A stretch of 47,038 nt of DNA from assembly GCA_009699465.1 (NCBI GenBank), contig WLOE01000002.1:1-47038 (forward strand). Reading direction: 5' to 3'. This stretch comes from Actinomycetota bacterium. GTDB lineage: Bacteria > Actinomycetota > Actinomycetes > S36-B12. Both the position numbers and the translations under genes were made by a program. Below, piece after piece: positions 43,398-47,038 of this stretch (its first letter is position 1; every line of letters starts with the position of its first letter). The notes beneath the pieces were generated by a model. The model did no database searches and had not been told where the DNA came from. It saw nothing but the letters and a program-made list of their open reading frames with translations.

Positions 43398-44183
43398 GTG
43401 AAGTTCCTGGCCGCACGTCGACGCAATCCCCTGGTTGCTCTTGGCTTGTTATTCGCCGCGCTCGTGGCGGTTGGTGGCGGTTACGCCGTTATTGCGAATG
43501 TGCAACCGGCACAGGCATCGTTAGTTTCCCAGACTCAGGTTGAAGAAGGTAAGAAGCTCTACCTTGCTGGCTGTTCTTCGTGCCATGGCATGGATGCTCA
43601 AGGTTCAGCGAACGGGCCAACGCTGCTTGGCGTGGGTGCAGCTGCGGTTGACTTCCAAGTCTCAACTGGCCGCATGCCAATGGCTGCTCCAGGTGCACAG
43701 GCTGTTGCTAAGGCCAGTGTTTATAACGAAGAGCAGGTTGCTGCGCTGGCTGCTTACGTCGCATCCCTTGCACCCGGCCCAGCAATTCCTACTGCTGAAG
43801 ATGTGAGTTTTGAAGGAGCAAATGTCGCTGAAGGCGGTGTGCTCTTTCGCACGAACTGTGCTCAGTGCCACCAGGCTGCTGGCCAAGGCGGTGCCTTGAC
43901 CCAAGGTAAGTGGGCACCAAATCTCATGAAGGCCACCCCGACTGAGATTTATGAAGCCATGATCACAGGGCCTCAGAGCATGCCTATTTTCAGCGATGGC
44001 ACCCTGCCAAAGGAAAACAAGCAACAAATCATCGCTTACATCAATAACCTCCAGAACGCTTCAAGCCCAGGTGGACTCGACCTTGGTCGTCTCGGCCCGG
44101 TCACTGAAGGTTTGTTCTTGTGGACCGCTGTTTTCGCTGCTCTTATCGGAGCTGCCATCTGGATCGGAATTAAAGCGCGATGA
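43398..44183 (+). CDS. qcrC: Cytochrome bc1 complex dihaem cytochrome c subunit
   Basis: Two CxxCH motifs (CSSCHG, CAQCHQ), an N-terminal anchor and a C-terminal TM helix. Confidence 0.9.
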   Translation: MKFLAARRRNPLVALGLLFAALVAVGGGYAVIANVQPAQASLVSQTQVEEGKKLYLAGCSSCHGMDAQGSANGPTLLGVGAAAVDFQVSTGRMPMAAPGAQAVAKASVYNEEQVAALAAYVASLAPGPAIPTAEDVSFEGANVAEGGVLFRTNCAQCHQAAGQGGALTQGKWAPNLMKATPTEIYEAMITGPQSMPIFSDGTLPKENKQQIIAYINNLQNASSPGGLDLGRLGPVTEGLFLWTAVFAALIGAAIWIGIKAR

Positions 44184-45220
44184 CCGATATCACTCCGCAC
44201 GGCTCGCAGCCGGCAAAATTAGGCCACTCCCCGGTAGCCGACGTTCCACACGCACTTCGCGTCGCTGACACAGACCCAAGGGCCGCTAAGCGTGCAGAGC
44301 GCCAAGTTGCCAGCATGTTCTTGCTCTCGATGATCCTGGTGGTCGCATTCATCGTCAGTTTCATCATGATCGATAAAGACACCGTGGTGTACATCCCGGT
44401 CTTTGGTGTTGTGGGCCTGATGACCATCATGTTGGGCCTTACCAGTGGTTTATCAATTTTCCTCATCGGTGCTGGTGCAATCCAATGGGCTAAGAAGCTC
44501 ATGCCGGACGTTGAAGTCGTGCAGATGCGCCATGAAATGACCTCCCCGGCCGATGCAACTGCAGAGGCGGCTGCCAACTACGAACGTGGCAAGGACGAGT
44601 CGGGCTTTGCTCGCTACCCCATCATTCGCCGTACGTTGATCGGCGCTATGGCACTGTTCCCAATTCCTGCTGTGTTCCTGCTTCGTGATCTTTGGAGCGG
44701 CGGCGAAAGCGGTATTGAGAGCCCGGACGAGATCCTTTCGCACACCTTGTGGCGCGAGAACATGCACATTTTGGTCGCTGAAACTGGCCAAAAGATCCGC
44801 CCAGAAGACTTACCTGTCGGTGGCTTGGTTTCCGCAGTTCCTGCCAATCTGGCTGAAGAACAAGAACGAGCAGGCAACCAAGATGCACTTGGCAAAGCGG
44901 CCATCATCTTGGTGCGAATGGAGCCGTCTGAAATTGTTGCCCAACAAGGTGACGGCTGGGACTACCAAGGCATCGTGGCCTACTCAAAGATCTGTACCCA
45001 TGTGGGTTGTCCAATCGCGTTGTACGAACAGCGCACACATCACCTGCTGTGCCCTTGCCATCAGTCAACCTTCGACTTGGCAAATGCTGGCGCAGTCGTG
45101 TTTGGACCTGCAGCACGCAACATGCCGCAATTGCCAATCACCGTAGACAACGAGGGCTACCTCGTTGCTACCGCTGACTTTGCACAGCCAGTAGGACCTA
45201 GCTTCTGGGAGCGCGGATGA
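44180..45220 (+). CDS. qcrA: Cytochrome bc1 complex Rieske iron-sulfur subunit
   Basis: CTHVGCP and CPCHQSTF 2Fe-2S motifs with N-terminal TM helices. ATGA overlap with qcrC. Confidence 0.92.
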   Translation: MTDITPHGSQPAKLGHSPVADVPHALRVADTDPRAAKRAERQVASMFLLSMILVVAFIVSFIMIDKDTVVYIPVFGVVGLMTIMLGLTSGLSIFLIGAGAIQWAKKLMPDVEVVQMRHEMTSPADATAEAAANYERGKDESGFARYPIIRRTLIGAMALFPIPAVFLLRDLWSGGESGIESPDEILSHTLWRENMHILVAETGQKIRPEDLPVGGLVSAVPANLAEEQERAGNQDALGKAAIILVRMEPSEIVAQQGDGWDYQGIVAYSKICTHVGCPIALYEQRTHHLLCPCHQSTFDLANAGAVVFGPAARNMPQLPITVDNEGYLVATADFAQPVGPSFWERG

Positions 45221-46950
45221 GTACAAATAGTCCTGTAGAAACAGTCGGAGCAGGTGCGGCTACCTACGTTGATCAACGGTTGGGCAGTAATAAGTTCCTC
45301 GCTCGAAACCTTGGCAAGGTATTCCCTGACCACTGGTCGTTCATGCTGGGTGAAATTGCCCTGTACTCATTTATTGTTGTGCTGATCACGGGCACGTATC
45401 TCACCTTGTTCTTCAATCCATCAATGATGGAAATCCAGTACCAGGGTTCATACGTGCCTCTCAAAGGCATTGAAATGTCCCAGGCGTATGCCTCGACCTT
45501 GGATATCTCATTTGATGTGCGCGGCGGTTTGTTAATTCGCCAGATGCATCACTGGGCCGCCCTTATTTTCATTGCATCTATGTCGGTGCACATGTTCCGC
45601 GTCTTCTTCACAGGTGCTTTCCGCAAGCCCCGTGAGTTCAACTGGATCATCGGCGTTGTGCTCGTGACCTTGGGCTTGGGTGCTGGCTTCACCGGCTACT
45701 CACTTCCTGACGATCTGCTCTCAGGTACCGGACTTCAGATCGCTCGCGGCATCGTGCAGTCAATTCCTGTGGTGGGTACCTGGGGTGCGTTCTTGCTCTT
45801 TGGTGGTGAATTTCCAGGCGATGACATCATCCCTCGCTTGTACTCAATCCACATTCTGTTGATTCCTGGCTTGATTTTGGCGATGGTCACTGTGCACTTG
45901 ATCATGGTGTTCACCCAAAAGCACACCCAATTCCCTGGACCTGGCCGTACCAATGAGAATGTTGTTGGTTACCCATTGATGCCGGTGTACATGGCAAAGG
46001 CTGGTGGCTTCTTCTTCATCGTCTTCGGCATCATCGCCTTGATCGGTGGTCTGGTCAGCATCAACCCAATCTGGATCTTTGGGCCGTACAACCCTGCTCA
46101 AGTCAGTGCCGCAACCCAGCCTGACTGGTACATCGGTTGGCTTGACGGTGCGTTGAGAACGATGCCAAACCTTGAAAGTCACATTGCTGGCTTCACGCTT
46201 TCATGGAACGTCCTGGTTCCAGCCGTCATCATTCCGGGCCTTATCTTCACCGCCTTGGGTGCGTACCCATTCATCGAAGCCTGGATTACTGGCGACAAGC
46301 GCGAGCATCATCTTCTCGATCGCCCACGTAACGCTCCAACTCGTACGGGTCTTGGAGTTATGGCAATCACGTTCTATCTCCTGCTGTTTATCGGTGGCGG
46401 TAACGACTTGATCGCATCAGCGTTCAACATGTCTTTCAACTCCATAATTTGGGCCTTGCGGATTTCATACTTCGTATTGCCACCATTGATGTTCGTGTTA
46501 ACTCGTCGCATCTGCCTTGGCTTGCAACGTCGAGACCGCGAGAAGTTGCTGCACGGCTATGAAGCCGGGCGTATCCTGCGTTTGCCACATGGTGAATTCA
46601 TCGAAGCTCATGAGCCGCTGTCAGTGAAGGAACTGGCCGTGATCACGAGCAAGACAGATATTGCTCCTCTTCCTGCTCCGCAGAAGACAGACATCGATGG
46701 CGTCAAGAACAAGAAATACGCGATCCAAAGCCGTCGCTCAAAGCTCAGCCACTTCTTCTACGGTGAAAACGTGCCGCTGCCATCAGCAGCAGAGATCGAA
46801 GCTGGCCAAGCACATGTTGCTCATGACGCAGCCATCGAAGCACCGCTCCATGCCTACGAAGATGCAGATCAAATCAGTACCTTCCACGGCGGTGTTCTCC
46901 ATCATCCTGGAATGGCTGCGACTAACGCTGAACAGCAGAACGAGCATTAA
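45217..46950 (+). CDS. qcrB: Cytochrome bc1 complex cytochrome b subunit
   Basis: 577 aa polytopic protein. Haem-ligand regions RQMHHWAALIF and YSIHILLIPG. ATGA overlap with qcrA. Confidence 0.92.
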   Translation: MSTNSPVETVGAGAATYVDQRLGSNKFLARNLGKVFPDHWSFMLGEIALYSFIVVLITGTYLTLFFNPSMMEIQYQGSYVPLKGIEMSQAYASTLDISFDVRGGLLIRQMHHWAALIFIASMSVHMFRVFFTGAFRKPREFNWIIGVVLVTLGLGAGFTGYSLPDDLLSGTGLQIARGIVQSIPVVGTWGAFLLFGGEFPGDDIIPRLYSIHILLIPGLILAMVTVHLIMVFTQKHTQFPGPGRTNENVVGYPLMPVYMAKAGGFFFIVFGIIALIGGLVSINPIWIFGPYNPAQVSAATQPDWYIGWLDGALRTMPNLESHIAGFTLSWNVLVPAVIIPGLIFTALGAYPFIEAWITGDKREHHLLDRPRNAPTRTGLGVMAITFYLLLFIGGGNDLIASAFNMSFNSIIWALRISYFVLPPLMFVLTRRICLGLQRRDREKLLHGYEAGRILRLPHGEFIEAHEPLSVKELAVITSKTDIAPLPAPQKTDIDGVKNKKYAIQSRRSKLSHFFYGENVPLPSAAEIEAGQAHVAHDAAIEAPLHAYEDADQISTFHGGVLHHPGMAATNAEQQNEH

Positions 46951-46970
46951 ACGTTCGATATCTCTCCAGC

Positions 46971-47009
46971 AAGAAGGCCTCCTGTGACCATGGGGGCCTT
47001 CTTCTTTTT
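46971..47009 (+). terminator. Rho-independent terminator after qcrB
   Basis: AAGAAGGCCTCC - 9-nt loop - GGGGGCCTTCTT forms a 12-bp stem with one G.U pair, followed by CTTTTT. Confidence 0.8.
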
Positions 47010-47038
47010 GAGTGTGACTTCTCTTGAACTCGAGCGAG

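Noticed and set aside
1-47038. A window-wide search for CRISPR repeats, tRNA or rRNA genes, transposases, integrases, phage genes, or restriction-modification and other known defence genes.
   Set aside because: I could recognise none by eye. Every ORF longer than about 100 aa has a housekeeping, pigment or conserved-hypothetical assignment that is syntenic with model actinobacteria. A proper tRNAscan, Rfam or defence-finder run could still find small elements I missed.

Overview
This window is an almost entirely coding stretch of conserved actinobacterial chromosome. I see no rRNA, tRNA, CRISPR array, transposase, integrase or obvious defence island.

Gene order, from memory, follows the Mycobacterium tuberculosis Rv2157c-Rv2196 and Streptomyces dcw-to-qcr backbone:
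- Minus strand, dcw cluster 5' end: murF' (fragment), murE, ftsI, ftsL, rsmH, mraZ.
- A secreted lipase and a DUF3040 protein.
- An SOS-type operon: HEPN-like gene, dnaE2, dinB.
- An SDR oxidoreductase and a UPF0114 membrane protein.
- Carotenoid-tailoring module: cruF-like, GT2, crtD-like.
- nhaP2 and metF.
- Core carotenoid operon idsA-crtI-(mptA-like GT-C)-crtB, with crtYc/crtYd on the opposite strand.
- NadR-like ATPase followed by a PASTA Ser/Thr kinase.
- ogt, aroG, pfkA, plsC.
- A conserved four-gene operon of unknown function: metallophosphoesterase, SRPBCC, ArsA-like, small protein.
- fadD15, a RipC-like NlpC/P60 endopeptidase and two small Cys4 proteins.
- DEDD-exonuclease/GIY-YIG fusion, an atypical receiver domain, trpD, and ctaE-qcrCAB.

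Many neighbouring genes overlap by ATGA or similar junctions, and only one clear intrinsic terminator is visible (after qcrB). MurE carries the DNPR motif, which indicates meso-DAP peptidoglycan.

All calls come from reading motifs and synteny by eye. No database search was run, and several start codons were re-picked from the ORF track.

The candidates most worth follow-up are:
- The LexA-box and RecA-NDp-like controlled HEPN-like/DnaE2/DinB cassette, which has no imuA or imuB and has a strand-specific 18-bp stem-loop in its leader.
- The GT-C mannosyltransferase translationally coupled inside the carotenoid operon.
- The translationally coupled operon containing an ArsA-like protein that lacks the P-loop lysines.
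- The exonuclease/GIY-YIG gene, which may be leaderless and sits behind a perfect palindrome.

I found nothing that I can defend as a clearly new multi-gene system beyond these.
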